A DNA stretch of 64,000 bases from an uncultured Peptococcaceae bacterium (GTDB lineage: Bacteria; Bacillota; Dehalobacteriia; UBA4068; UBA4997). The notes below the pieces were generated by a model. That model made no database searches and was not told the DNA's origin. It saw only the letters and a program-made list of their open reading frames with translations. The stretch spans positions 50,316-114,315 of the forward strand of contig CALCQI010000027.1 of NCBI GenBank assembly GCA_937897635.1. The letters run 5' to 3'. Below, one piece after another: positions 19,161-30,026 of the stretch (position 1 is its first letter; every line of letters starts with the position of its first letter). Made by a program: the position numbers and the translations under genes.

Positions 19161-20615
19161 TCAATCACCCTCCACCACATTAATGTTTTCAACTTTCATA
19201 TCCTTAGTTCCTGTTAAAGAACAGCCCTTAGCTTTAGCATAATTAATATAATCAATAATTTCCACAGTGATTTTTTCCCCCGGGGCCAAAATAGGTATAC
19301 CGGGAGGATAGCACATAATAAACTCACCGCAAATCATGCCGTTGCTTTGCATAATCGGAACGGCTTTTTTATTGCTGTAAAAAGCCTTTTGGGGCGCCAT
19401 AACAACTTTGGGGTTGATATATTCATGGTCGAACATACCTGTTTTATCTTTGGCGTACAAGCGTTTTATTTCCGAAAGTGCCGAAATGAGCCTTTCAATT
19501 TCCAAAGCCCTATCGCCTGCTGAGATTATAGCTAAAATATTGCCTATATCACCAAATTCTATTTGAATACCGTAATCATCACGCAAAATATCATAAACTT
19601 CTATGCCGGCAAGGCCTATATCCCTAGTATATATAGAAAGCTTGGTTAAATCAAAATCAAAAATCTCATCACCGTCTATCAATTCTTTGCCAAAAGCATA
19701 ATAACCGCCCAATTTATTAATTTCCGAGCGAGCGTATTCAGCAAATTCCACCGTTTTTTTGAACATTTCCTTACCGTTCAAGCTTAAGTTTTTTCTGGCA
19801 ATATCAAGCGAGGAAAGCAAAAGGTAGGAAGCACTTGTTGTTTGAGTAAGGTTAATAACCTGCCTTACATAGTCGGCATCTATATTTACACCGCAAAGCA
19901 AAAAAGAGCTTTGTGTAAGCGAACCGCCTGTTTTATGCATACTTAAGGCAGACATATCTGCTCCTACGCTCATAGCATTCTCAGGCATATCTTCACCAAA
20001 ATAAAAATGAGTACCATGCGCCTCATCCACCAACACAAGCATACCATAACGGTGGGCAATAGCAGTTATTTCCCTTAAATTTGAACAAATACCGTAATAA
20101 GTTGGGTTATTTATAAAAACAGCTTTAGCATCGGGATTTTCCTCTATAGTTTTTTTAACATCAAAAACAGACATCCCAAGCGGGATGCCTAATTTTTTAT
20201 TAATGCCGGGGTTAATATACACAGGCACAGCACCGCAAATAACCAACGCATTAATTGCACTGCGGTGCACGTTTCTGGGCATGATTATTTTATCCCCTGC
20301 CTTACATACAGCCATTATCATAGCCTGTACGGCAGCGGTAGTACCGTTCACCATGAAAAAAACATCATTGGCCCCAAAGGCTTCGGCAGCCAATTCCTGT
20401 GCATCTTGAATAACGGATATAGGGTGGCATAAATTATCCAGCGGCTTCATGGAATTCACATCCACTTTAAGACAGCTTTGCCCTAAAAAATCCGTAAGTT
20501 CCTTATTGCCCCTGCCGCCTTTATGTCCAGGTACATCAAAAGGCACAACCCTGTTTTTTCTATGTTTTTCTAATGCTTCGTAAATAGGTGCATTATGTTG
20601 TGAAAGATGTTTCAT
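19161..20615 (-). CDS. speA: Arginine decarboxylase (Orn/Lys/Arg decarboxylase family, fold type I)
   Basis: 484 aa; PGHKGG, SxHKTGGSLTQSS PLP-lysine block, like B. subtilis SpeA. Confidence 0.85.
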   Translation of the reverse strand: MKHLSQHNAPIYEALEKHRKNRVVPFDVPGHKGGRGNKELTDFLGQSCLKVDVNSMKPLDNLCHPISVIQDAQELAAEAFGANDVFFMVNGTTAAVQAMIMAVCKAGDKIIMPRNVHRSAINALVICGAVPVYINPGINKKLGIPLGMSVFDVKKTIEENPDAKAVFINNPTYYGICSNLREITAIAHRYGMLVLVDEAHGTHFYFGEDMPENAMSVGADMSALSMHKTGGSLTQSSFLLCGVNIDADYVRQVINLTQTTSASYLLLSSLDIARKNLSLNGKEMFKKTVEFAEYARSEINKLGGYYAFGKELIDGDEIFDFDLTKLSIYTRDIGLAGIEVYDILRDDYGIQIEFGDIGNILAIISAGDRALEIERLISALSEIKRLYAKDKTGMFDHEYINPKVVMAPQKAFYSNKKAVPIMQSNGMICGEFIMCYPPGIPILAPGEKITVEIIDYINYAKAKGCSLTGTKDMKVENINVVEGD

Positions 20616-20633
20616 TTTTAACCTCCTTCACAA

Positions 20634-21449
20634 TTAAAAAATATTAGCGCCGCTGAATATTTCTATCATTTCGCGCCTTAACCTATCGGTTATTTCCAGC
20701 CTTTGCTTGGGCGACAATTCATAAACATCTTTATTGAAAAGATAATTTTGCAGCTCAATATCCTTAATAAGCATTTTGGTATGGAAAATATTGGATTGAT
20801 AAACATTTACATCAATAGCATCGTATCTGTGCAAAGTTTTATCATCTATATAATCCTGAATAGATGCAATGTTATGGTCTATATAAAACTTTTTACCTTC
20901 AACATCCCTGGTAAAACCGCGAACACGATAATCTATGGTAATAATATCCGAATCGAAACTATCTATAAGATAATCCAACGCATTAAGCGGAGAAATTTTA
21001 CCGCAGGTAGAAACATCAATATCTACACGAAAAGTGGAAATAGCATTATCAGGATGATATTCAGGAAAAGTATGCACGGTAACATGGCTTTTATCTAAAT
21101 GCGCATGAATGGTTTCATGGTTTTTCATTAGCCTTTCGCCTTGATTACATGATTCATCGATAAAAGATGAATCCAAAGGTCTTTCCGCGATAAGAATATT
21201 TACTGAAGCACCCTGGGGATCATAATCCTGTTTGGATATATTAAGCACATGAGCGCCTATCATTTCCGTTACATCACATAGGATTTTAGTTAATCTTTCA
21301 GAATTATACTGCTCATCGATATAAGCTATATAATCCTTTTGTTCTCTCTCACTTTTTGCATAGCAAACATCATAGATGTTGAAGCTAAGTGTTTTTGTGA
21401 GGTTGTTAAAGCCATACAATGTCAGCTTTTTTTCCAACCCTAACATCAC
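20634..21449 (-). CDS. speD: S-adenosylmethionine decarboxylase proenzyme (E. coli SpeD-type)
   Basis: 271 aa aligning nearly end-to-end with E. coli SpeD ([53 protein letters not shown]). Confidence 0.9.
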   Translation of the reverse strand: MMLGLEKKLTLYGFNNLTKTLSFNIYDVCYAKSEREQKDYIAYIDEQYNSERLTKILCDVTEMIGAHVLNISKQDYDPQGASVNILIAERPLDSSFIDESCNQGERLMKNHETIHAHLDKSHVTVHTFPEYHPDNAISTFRVDIDVSTCGKISPLNALDYLIDSFDSDIITIDYRVRGFTRDVEGKKFYIDHNIASIQDYIDDKTLHRYDAIDVNVYQSNIFHTKMLIKDIELQNYLFNKDVYELSPKQRLEITDRLRREMIEIFSGANIF

Positions 21450-21835
21450 ACCTTTCTTTTTTAAATATATAAATTCATTATTCCATATTTCTTACTAAAA
21501 ATCAACAAACAGTTGTTATTATTCTGCCTATATCGCATTTTTCCTTTTTTAAAATATAATAATTTACCTGCTGTTAAAAAGCTCAAATCTATTGGCATAA
21601 ATTCCGGTTACCTGCATACCCACCCAGTCAAGGATAGGGTCTTTTTTACATTTGAATTTTGATTTCAGCATATTTTTGTTAAAACCTGATTTTAAAAGAT
21701 ACACAACAACTGCTTTTTCATAAATTCATTCTCACCCTTAACTCATTTATCTTTACCTTAAAACCTGTTAATCATTCAATTTTTAAAATTGCTTGCCTAT
21801 TTTAAAAGCATTCTTAAATTATTTTCAAAACCTTT

Positions 21836-23035
21836 TTAAGAAATTTTCTCTTTCAATTTTTTATATATAGAAAATTGGTTCTTGCCTTCTTTTTTAGCCC
21901 GGTACAAAGCTCTGTCTGCACATTCTAAAAACAATCTCCTGTTCCAATCATCTGTTTTTTCAGCAAAACATATACCCATGCTTATTGTAACAATTTTCAT
22001 TTCACCTTTTAAGTAAAACTCCAAGTTTTCCTGCCTAACCCTGTTCAATAATTCATCTGCAATACTTATTATTTCCTGTTCCGTTTTTCCTTCAAATAAA
22101 ACTAGAAATTCCTCGCCACCGTATCTGCCAACCTTACCGTTTTGGCCTAACACACACTTTTCTATGATATTGGTAAGTTTTATTAAACAATTATCACCCA
22201 TAACATGGCCGTATGTATCATTATATATTTTAAAGTCATCAATATCTATCATAATGCAAGTAATATTTTTTTGTTTTTTCGAAAGCATCATATCCAAATG
22301 CTCAATAATACTTTTACGATTCCCTATACGCGTAAGAAAATCATTATTAGCATAAAATTCCAGCTTAAGGCATTGCTCTTTTAAAACAAATTTATCCATA
22401 TAGGATTTTAATCTTATTTTATCGTTTAACGCTATCATTACACAAGCAGCTATCAGCATCAAAAATGGGTTTATCAGTTCCGCAAAAGTAAGTATATAAC
22501 TTAAATTAGCAAAAACTACAATCAGCATATATACTACAAAACTAATAACATTTATCATACAATGCACAAAAGGTTTTATTTTAAATGCCAATGAATTTAT
22601 TATCATTATTTGTATAAATAAATATGAAGAAAAACCATTTATAACATCAATTGCCGAAAAAACCGCACTCCAAATACCTAATACTGATACAACAGCTAAT
22701 TCCAAAAACATTAATATGGTAGACGGCTCTTTAAATTTCACTAATAAACTTATAAAAAGCAAACTGATTATTATCATAGAAGTATATAAATAAATATATT
22801 GCGGGAAAAAAAGCTCTTGCCTAAACACATATTTTTCAGCTAAATAAAAAAATAACATCATTGATTCCATGACAAAAGACATCCCTAACATAATAAATGC
22901 AGGCAATCTGTTATACCGCAGGCAATCATCACGAAAAAAGCTACGTAATTCTGATGGTATATCCTTAACTTCAATATCATCAAAGGAAATAGCGAAAGCT
23001 TCTTGGATCTTCTCTAAAACTTCTCTCTTTTGCAT
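21836..23035 (-). CDS. Membrane-anchored diguanylate cyclase (GGDEF)
   Basis: 399 aa; ~6 N-terminal TM helices then GGDEF domain with RYGGEEF active site. Confidence 0.8.
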   Translation of the reverse strand: MQKREVLEKIQEAFAISFDDIEVKDIPSELRSFFRDDCLRYNRLPAFIMLGMSFVMESMMLFFYLAEKYVFRQELFFPQYIYLYTSMIIISLLFISLLVKFKEPSTILMFLELAVVSVLGIWSAVFSAIDVINGFSSYLFIQIMIINSLAFKIKPFVHCMINVISFVVYMLIVVFANLSYILTFAELINPFLMLIAACVMIALNDKIRLKSYMDKFVLKEQCLKLEFYANNDFLTRIGNRKSIIEHLDMMLSKKQKNITCIMIDIDDFKIYNDTYGHVMGDNCLIKLTNIIEKCVLGQNGKVGRYGGEEFLVLFEGKTEQEIISIADELLNRVRQENLEFYLKGEMKIVTISMGICFAEKTDDWNRRLFLECADRALYRAKKEGKNQFSIYKKLKEKIS

Positions 23036-23119
23036 AAAATACTCCTTACAACCAATTCCTTTGCTTAAAATAGGTATAACACACAGATAAACTTCTTGAA
23101 CAATCCCGGCATAATATAT

Positions 23120-23854
23120 TCAAATCACAAAACCACCATTTGAGCTTATAACCTGCCCTGTAATAAAAGATGCCTCAGATGATGCCAAAAACAAAGCAAG
23201 CGCTGCAATATCCTTGCTTGTACCTATTCTGGCAAGAGGCGTTTCACCTTTTAATTGAGCCAATGTGTCGGGGCTTAGCCCTGCATTCATATCCGTATCA
23301 ATAACTCCAGGAGCAATACAATTAACCCTTATACCGGATAAACCCAGCTCCTTTGCCAAAGCCTTGCTAAAACCTATTACTGCCGCTTTGGTTGCGGAAT
23401 AATGCACCTCACAAGAAGCACCAACCATTCCCCAAACTGAAGAAATATTAAGGATCACACCATCTTTTTGGCTTACCATATGCGGCACAACAGCTTTACA
23501 GCAATTGTAAACACCCTTTACATTAACTGCAAATATGCTGTCCCATTCCTCTTCTGTTATATCTGTAAAAAGCTTTTGTTGGGCGATTGCGGCATTATTT
23601 ATCAGTACATCTATTGCACCATAAAGTTCTTTTGCTGTTTCAACCATTTTTTGTACTTCACAGCCATTAGAAACATCCGCCTTTACGGCAATGGCTTTAT
23701 AGCCTGCCTGTTTAAGTTCTTCAATAAGCTCCAAAGCCGAGCTTTCAGATGTATTATAGTTGATTACAACATTATAGGAAGCATAGGCAAACTGCCTTGC
23801 CATTTCCCTACCTATACCACGTGAAGCTCCCGTTATCAATACAGTTTTTGCCAT
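23120..23854 (-). CDS. SDR-family oxidoreductase (3-oxoacyl-ACP reductase-like)
   Basis: 244 aa; TGASRGIG, NNAA, S...YxxxK (YSATKAAV) triad. Confidence 0.85.
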   Translation of the reverse strand: MAKTVLITGASRGIGREMARQFAYASYNVVINYNTSESSALELIEELKQAGYKAIAVKADVSNGCEVQKMVETAKELYGAIDVLINNAAIAQQKLFTDITEEEWDSIFAVNVKGVYNCCKAVVPHMVSQKDGVILNISSVWGMVGASCEVHYSATKAAVIGFSKALAKELGLSGIRVNCIAPGVIDTDMNAGLSPDTLAQLKGETPLARIGTSKDIAALALFLASSEASFITGQVISSNGGFVI

Positions 23855-24105
23855 AAAGCATCTCCTAAAATTTTTTAATAGAACAATATGCCAATTATTT
23901 TAGCATTTAGCATTTAAAAACTTAGTCATTTTGTATAAAACCAACAATTTTTTATTATAAAAACACCTGCTATAATACATCAACCTTTTTCTCATCAACT
24001 GTTTTATTATAACACAATAAAAATAACAAAAACTCTTTTGGATGTATTAAAAAATAATCAAACAGATTTAATAAATTTAAGAAATCCTCCATTTATGGTG
24101 GTTTT

Positions 24106-27100
24106 TTAAATCAAATCTGCTTTTTGCAAAAGTCTTTTAACAATTACTGCTACTTCCGCTCTGCTTATATATTCTTTGGGTGCAAGTATGCCATTAGCTT
24201 TACCTGATACAATACCTGTTTGCAAACAAGCGGCCACACCTGCCTTAGCATAATCTGAAACTAAAGCCGCATCATTATAATAAGACAATTGCTTAACTAT
24301 TTGCGTTTCATCAAGTGGCGCTTCCAAACCAGCGATTTTCATTACTCTTGCTATTATGGTCATAGCCTGCTCACGCGTAATTTGATCATTTGGCACAAAG
24401 AGACTATTTTCATGACCATTTATCATTTCGTAAGCAACAGCAATATTAACATAGTTAAAATACCAATCGGCATTTTTAACATCTTTAAAAGAATTTGGCA
24501 ATTCATCCTCCTGCAAACCCATAGCCCGTACCATGATTGCCGCAAATTCAGCACGGGTTATTGCACCTTCCGGATCGTATAAATTATTGCCAACTCCGTT
24601 TATGATCATTCTGGAACCCATATCGTTTATACAATCCTTAGCCCAATGTCCTACAAGATCACTAAACTCAACAGGATGCCAAACCAATGTATAAATACTG
24701 TTGGTAAGGCTATTGATTTTAGCATAATATTTACCATTTATAAGAATAACCTGCGTTGGCACATGCCTTACACTGCCATCAGGTTCTAAAACTATGCCTG
24801 TAGTAATTTGTAAAGGCTCCACTCCTTCGGGGATTGCTATGATCCTTTCCACATAATTATTAAATTTTTTTACTTCTACCGTTTTATCATCATAAATACA
24901 GGTTATATTAAACTCTACCGCAGGTGCAACAATTGTAAATCCACCAGTTCCGGTAATATTTTCAACTATCCTTAAATTATCAGGTGAAACTGCTTTTATT
25001 TGAATTTTTATTTTTACATCAGATAAGACAACATCCTGCCCAAGCTGCCTAAGAAGGGAATCAATATCGATTTGCGAAGCAGCTAATCTATAAACAGCAG
25101 TATTGGTTTCAACTGCCAAGGTAGCCTCATTCTGTTCCATCTTTTTTAGCATTTCACCTGTTAAAATCCCAACCACAACATCTGAATCAGCATCTGAAGA
25201 AATTGAAATTACAGAATTTTTACCTTTATCCTCAATAATTTGTTTTAACTTTGCCAAATCTACTGTTAACATTGTGATTTTTTGCCCATTTTCATTAGTA
25301 GAAGTAACAGCATCTGCCACATCATCCGCTGCACTTTGGAGAACAGTTTCAGCCTTATTATTTGAACCACCACCTGAACTGATTACGGTTACACTTAAAG
25401 TATTTGAATAACAAACTATATCGGCAGTTACTTCATTACCGTTACTATCTATAGTTTGTACAACAATACTCAACTTAGCCCTAAGCTTATAAGTTTTTCC
25501 TGAAGCAAGTAAAACTGTAGCACCTGTTGAAGATGAACCGAGCTGCTGATTGGTTGTGGCAGTAAACCAGGTTAAACCATTATCTGCTGAAGCTTCTATA
25601 ACCAGCGATTTTGCATTGGCAATAAGCCTTTTTGCTGTATCAGTGTTTTGAAATTTCAGGTTAGCACAAGGTTGGTTATCTGAAGTAAGTGCAATAAAAG
25701 CAGACTTACAAACAGGCATTTGATAATGTTTACCATCATTTATATCCGTATAATAATCATTTTTATCAAGATATAAAAGAACTTCACCTTCCCTATTTTT
25801 AGCAAAAGTATTTACAGATGACAAGATTTCACCTATCAAATAAGCATCTAAGGAAGATTTAAGTTCTATACCGTTTACAGTTGTACAGCTTGGATAAGAT
25901 AAATCATGCCAAGACCCCCATATTATAAAACCTTTCATATTATTATGTAAATAATTTTTCTCAATTTCTGCATTAACAGTATAATACGGTATTATAACAA
26001 TACCTGCACTTAAAGTGCCTGTTCTATTATAAGCGCTTATATTATTACCGCTTAATTTTACTGTACCGCCATAAATACAAATTGCAACTTTATTATTAGA
26101 GCTATTCTCATCGGATGAACCCACAAAATTATTATTAGTAATAACCGCATTGCCACCTCTTAAAGCAATGGTATTAATAAAGTCGTTTGAGGCACCAAAA
26201 CTGCAATTATTAATAAATAAGGATTTGGCTTTGGGCTCAGTATTAACGCAGAAATTATCAAGTTTTTCTTTATTTACTTGATTTGTACGGAAATCCTTGA
26301 ATACTACATTTTCCAGCTTAACCGCACTACCTGCTTTTACATTTATTACAGCTAAAACAGTATTACCGCTGTTTTGCAAAATAACATCATTTAGTATAAA
26401 TTGTGTTCCCTGACCTTGTATATTAAAAAATATTTTGCCTGAAGCATTTTGTATACCGCTGTGCCTTTTGATCAAGGTATTTTCTGTACCCGTACCTACC
26501 TCAATAACAGCACCATTACCGTTTATAGTAAGAGTACGGCTTATACTTGTACCATTATAGCTGTATGTGGTATCAGAAACCAGATTTAAGATATCTACAC
26601 AAGGGCATTCTATATACGCCGCAAATTCTGTAGAATCAGCAGCTGTTACTTCAGAAAAAATGTTATAACTAACACTCATAACAGAGCTTTCTTTCATACC
26701 CTGTTTAATGGCAACAGCCTTGATAGTCATGGGCTTATCAATATTAATATCACCATTGTATAAAATACTTTCTGTTGTAGGGGTTGAACCATCAGTTGTA
26801 TAATATATGGCCGCACCATCCGTATTGCAAGCTAAAGCAACTTTAGTACCGGGTAAAACCAAACCGCTTAATACATTGGCTTCAGGACTTATCACTGTTC
26901 CCAGAGATAAAATATTTCCTGTAGTATAACAATTTTCTTCATTTAAAACATAATTGACGGCATCTGCTCCGCTTAAAGCAATACCGTTTACCGTAACGAA
27001 TTTATTATAAGCATAATTTTCGTCGCTAAAAACAGCTATAGCGCAAGATGTATCGGGGATGACCTCATCATTTTCCATAATACCTGATAAAATTACAGAT

Positions 27101-29163
27101 TTTATTTGAGCATTGCTTGTAGCATCATATAGCTTGTCCTCAATAGTTATTGAACTAACTGTAATAGTTTTGGGATTTACAACAAGCTCACAAGTTTGCA
27201 AGGCACTTTCATACTCATTGTCTCCTTCTTTGATTACAGTAAGCGTTACGGTACCTGCTTTATGAATACTAACCTTACCCGTTAACGCCTCCACAGAAGC
27301 AATAGCAGGATTTTTAGAAACAAAACGGAATACACCTTTACCGCTGCCGCCGCTGGGAGGTGTGGGAATAAAAACAACATCACCATAGGTTTTTGTTATA
27401 CCTGTACTGTTATATATAATAGGCTCTTGAGTTCTTTTCGTTATAGGACCTTTCAACTCGCTTTCCATTGTTGTACCCGTGTTTGTGCCTGTTAAAGCAG
27501 CAGACATTACCACAAAGCTTATGTATCTATTGGCATCTGCAGCTGTTAAGGTATAAGTTTTAGTATTAGCTCCGCTTATTTCGGTTTTATCATTTCCCAT
27601 TGCATCAGAAGAACGGTACCACTTGAAAGTACTGGCATCCTCATCATTTTCCGCGTCGGTATAAACATAGTTACCTGTAAACTGCTCACCAATTTTTGCA
27701 ATACCGGTAACGGAAACTTCTGAAACAACGGGAGCTTTATTCGGAATTATGATATTTACCCCAATCAAAACGCTATCTGCAAGAGCTCCGCCCGTACCCT
27801 GAGAGCCATCATTACCATCATTAAATACCATATTAAGCAAAAGCGAATCAGGCAAAACAGAGGCTTGATTGCTATAAGCTATTTGCCTAATAGTTGAAAG
27901 CATAAGTTCATTGGTTGCATTTGAGTTAAAAGTTAAAATAAGCACTCCTCCGCTGTTTTGGGTCACATCACCTATATTTATACCATTAGTGATCAAAGCA
28001 CCTTTTTCAGTAAGTATACCAAGGGTACCTGCGGATTTTGCAGAAAAAATGTCTGTATCATCAGCTCCGCCATCACGTAAAACTGTTAAAAACGCACCTG
28101 CATAATTACCGTTTCCCGCTGAAAGTTCAGGATCAAAAAGCTCTATATCATTACCTAACACAACACTGCCGTCAGCTTCTAAAAAAACTATATCTGCACC
28201 CCCCAATTCAGGAGCCTCATTTACGGGAACCACTGTAATATCCACCAATGCCGTTGCTGTATTGCTAATACCATCCGTTAAAGAATATTTTACTGTGCGT
28301 AAACCATTATTAGGGTCATGATAATTATAATTTGTATAATACAGGTTCTGTAACAATGCGGATACAGCAGCATTTGTAGCGTTAGTATTAAAGTTTAAAC
28401 TCATGGCGATTACATTGCCGCTGCTACCCAAGGTTTTGCTAAAAGTTCCTATAACAACACCTTCATATTTTACATAGTTATCGCTTATACCTAGGCCGTT
28501 ATCTGTATAACCAACATAAATGCTTCCTGTACCATTACCGGTATTATTAAAAGCAATAGAATCTTCATCATTAACTAAACCACTTGCAAACTCCAGTTTA
28601 AGGCTACCTCCATTCCATGAGGATGAAGAAGAAACAGTAGCTTTAATACCTGAGTCAAGAAAACATTGGATTAGTGAATCTTCAACGAAAGAAACGCTGT
28701 CACCATCAAGATCATTTATAAGCAAAGCGGTATCTGCCATAACATTGATTTCAACAACATACTCTTTTACGGGAATATTCTCATCCCATAACAGATCCCA
28801 TAAAAAAGCATTAAATGTGTAAAGCCCAGGTTCAGTAGCTTTGAATTTAATTATATGATCATCAAATAAAGATATATCATAAACATAGTTATAAAGGCTA
28901 TCATCAGCAAGATATAAATCTGCCGTTAATCCATCTGTAGCAATAGGCTGAGAATAACCGCCTATATTTATGGGGTATATGTTTTCCAAATCAGTTTCAG
29001 CAAAAATTTCCGCAGCGTTTAACAACACATATTCATCTACAGATGCGTTTTTATATAAATCTGCCGCCAAAGCAAACTTTGAGACAGGTATAAAAATAAA
29101 ACTTATTAAAAACACCACAAAAATAAGTAAGTATTTTTTAATTTTCACTTTACACATAAACAA
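24106..29163 (-). CDS. Giant S-layer-homology (SLH) anchored surface protein with right-handed beta-helix and Ig-like/cadherin-like repeats
   Basis: 1685 aa; signal peptide (LLIFVVFLISFIFIPVSKFALAADL), central parallel beta-helix repeats (NNCSFGASNDFINTIALRGGNAVITNNNFVGSSDENSSNN...), three C-terminal SLH repeats (FSDLVGHWAKDCINDMGSRMIINGV..., FKDVKNADWYFNYVNIAV..., YNDAALVSDYAKAGVAACLQTGIVSG). Confidence 0.85.
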   Translation of the reverse strand: MFMCKVKIKKYLLIFVVFLISFIFIPVSKFALAADLYKNASVDEYVLLNAAEIFAETDLENIYPINIGGYSQPIATDGLTADLYLADDSLYNYVYDISLFDDHIIKFKATEPGLYTFNAFLWDLLWDENIPVKEYVVEINVMADTALLINDLDGDSVSFVEDSLIQCFLDSGIKATVSSSSSWNGGSLKLEFASGLVNDEDSIAFNNTGNGTGSIYVGYTDNGLGISDNYVKYEGVVIGTFSKTLGSSGNVIAMSLNFNTNATNAAVSALLQNLYYTNYNYHDPNNGLRTVKYSLTDGISNTATALVDITVVPVNEAPELGGADIVFLEADGSVVLGNDIELFDPELSAGNGNYAGAFLTVLRDGGADDTDIFSAKSAGTLGILTEKGALITNGINIGDVTQNSGGVLILTFNSNATNELMLSTIRQIAYSNQASVLPDSLLLNMVFNDGNDGSQGTGGALADSVLIGVNIIIPNKAPVVSEVSVTGIAKIGEQFTGNYVYTDAENDEDASTFKWYRSSDAMGNDKTEISGANTKTYTLTAADANRYISFVVMSAALTGTNTGTTMESELKGPITKRTQEPIIYNSTGITKTYGDVVFIPTPPSGGSGKGVFRFVSKNPAIASVEALTGKVSIHKAGTVTLTVIKEGDNEYESALQTCELVVNPKTITVSSITIEDKLYDATSNAQIKSVILSGIMENDEVIPDTSCAIAVFSDENYAYNKFVTVNGIALSGADAVNYVLNEENCYTTGNILSLGTVISPEANVLSGLVLPGTKVALACNTDGAAIYYTTDGSTPTTESILYNGDINIDKPMTIKAVAIKQGMKESSVMSVSYNIFSEVTAADSTEFAAYIECPCVDILNLVSDTTYSYNGTSISRTLTINGNGAVIEVGTGTENTLIKRHSGIQNASGKIFFNIQGQGTQFILNDVILQNSGNTVLAVINVKAGSAVKLENVVFKDFRTNQVNKEKLDNFCVNTEPKAKSLFINNCSFGASNDFINTIALRGGNAVITNNNFVGSSDENSSNNKVAICIYGGTVKLSGNNISAYNRTGTLSAGIVIIPYYTVNAEIEKNYLHNNMKGFIIWGSWHDLSYPSCTTVNGIELKSSLDAYLIGEILSSVNTFAKNREGEVLLYLDKNDYYTDINDGKHYQMPVCKSAFIALTSDNQPCANLKFQNTDTAKRLIANAKSLVIEASADNGLTWFTATTNQQLGSSSTGATVLLASGKTYKLRAKLSIVVQTIDSNGNEVTADIVCYSNTLSVTVISSGGGSNNKAETVLQSAADDVADAVTSTNENGQKITMLTVDLAKLKQIIEDKGKNSVISISSDADSDVVVGILTGEMLKKMEQNEATLAVETNTAVYRLAASQIDIDSLLRQLGQDVVLSDVKIKIQIKAVSPDNLRIVENITGTGGFTIVAPAVEFNITCIYDDKTVEVKKFNNYVERIIAIPEGVEPLQITTGIVLEPDGSVRHVPTQVILINGKYYAKINSLTNSIYTLVWHPVEFSDLVGHWAKDCINDMGSRMIINGVGNNLYDPEGAITRAEFAAIMVRAMGLQEDELPNSFKDVKNADWYFNYVNIAVAYEMINGHENSLFVPNDQITREQAMTIIARVMKIAGLEAPLDETQIVKQLSYYNDAALVSDYAKAGVAACLQTGIVSGKANGILAPKEYISRAEVAVIVKRLLQKADLI

Positions 29164-29554
29164 GTCTCCTTTAATATAATGCTTTTTAGAATTTTAAAAA
29201 TAAAATTTTAAATTTGAATACGTTTGCACCAAACCATCTTCGACATTTTTCGTCATTTTACGTCATATTGGTCTATTTATAATAATATTCTGGCCTAATA
29301 ATCACTATTATTAAATGTATAACCTAAAAACAACACCATATCTCTTATTATACAACTAATTCACCAATTTTTGTATATATTTCGACTTTATTTAAAATAA
29401 TACGCTCAATAAAGCCAGCAAAACTATAATTTAGTTTAAGATGTTTATTTTTAACTATAAAAAGTTTATAATAAAAATGTTAGATATACAAAACTTATTT
29501 TTAAGGTTTTAAAAATCACAGTAAGCATAGAACATAAAAATTTATGGAGGCAAT

Positions 29555-29944
29555 ATGAAAAAACTTACTTTTACAATGGAAAATTATCTTGAAGCCATAT
29601 ATGAACTTTCTCAAGAAGGCAACGGTGTAAGGGTTTCAGATATTGCTGACCGCCTTGGCGTAACCAAAGCCAGCACCAACAGTGCTATGGCAACATTAGC
29701 TAAAAAAGGCTTAATCACAAATGAAAAGTACAAGGAAATATTTCTTACCCAAAAGGGTTTTGAGCTTGCCGAATTCACCTCCCACAAACACCATACAATA
29801 AGGGATTTTTTTATAAACATACTGCAAATCGACTCTTCTGTTGCGGATACTGATGCCTGTGCTATTGAGCATGTGATCAGCAATGCTTCTATTTTGGCAA
29901 TGCAAAATTTCATGCAAAATAAAAAGAATCAAGAGAGGAATTGA
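29555..29944 (+). CDS. DtxR/MntR-family metal-dependent transcriptional regulator (short form)
   Basis: 129 aa; N-terminal wHTH MENYLEAIYELSQEGNGVRVSDIADRLGVTKASTNSAMATLAKKGLI, metal-site His/Glu/Cys (HKHH, DACAIEH). Confidence 0.75.
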   Translation: MKKLTFTMENYLEAIYELSQEGNGVRVSDIADRLGVTKASTNSAMATLAKKGLITNEKYKEIFLTQKGFELAEFTSHKHHTIRDFFINILQIDSSVADTDACAIEHVISNASILAMQNFMQNKKNQERN

Positions 29945-30026
29945 TTTAATCTAAATCTAATAATAAGAAATCGCTAGGAAAGCTAAGCCACCATATATTC
30001 AAAGGATTTGAAAGAAGGAATAATCA

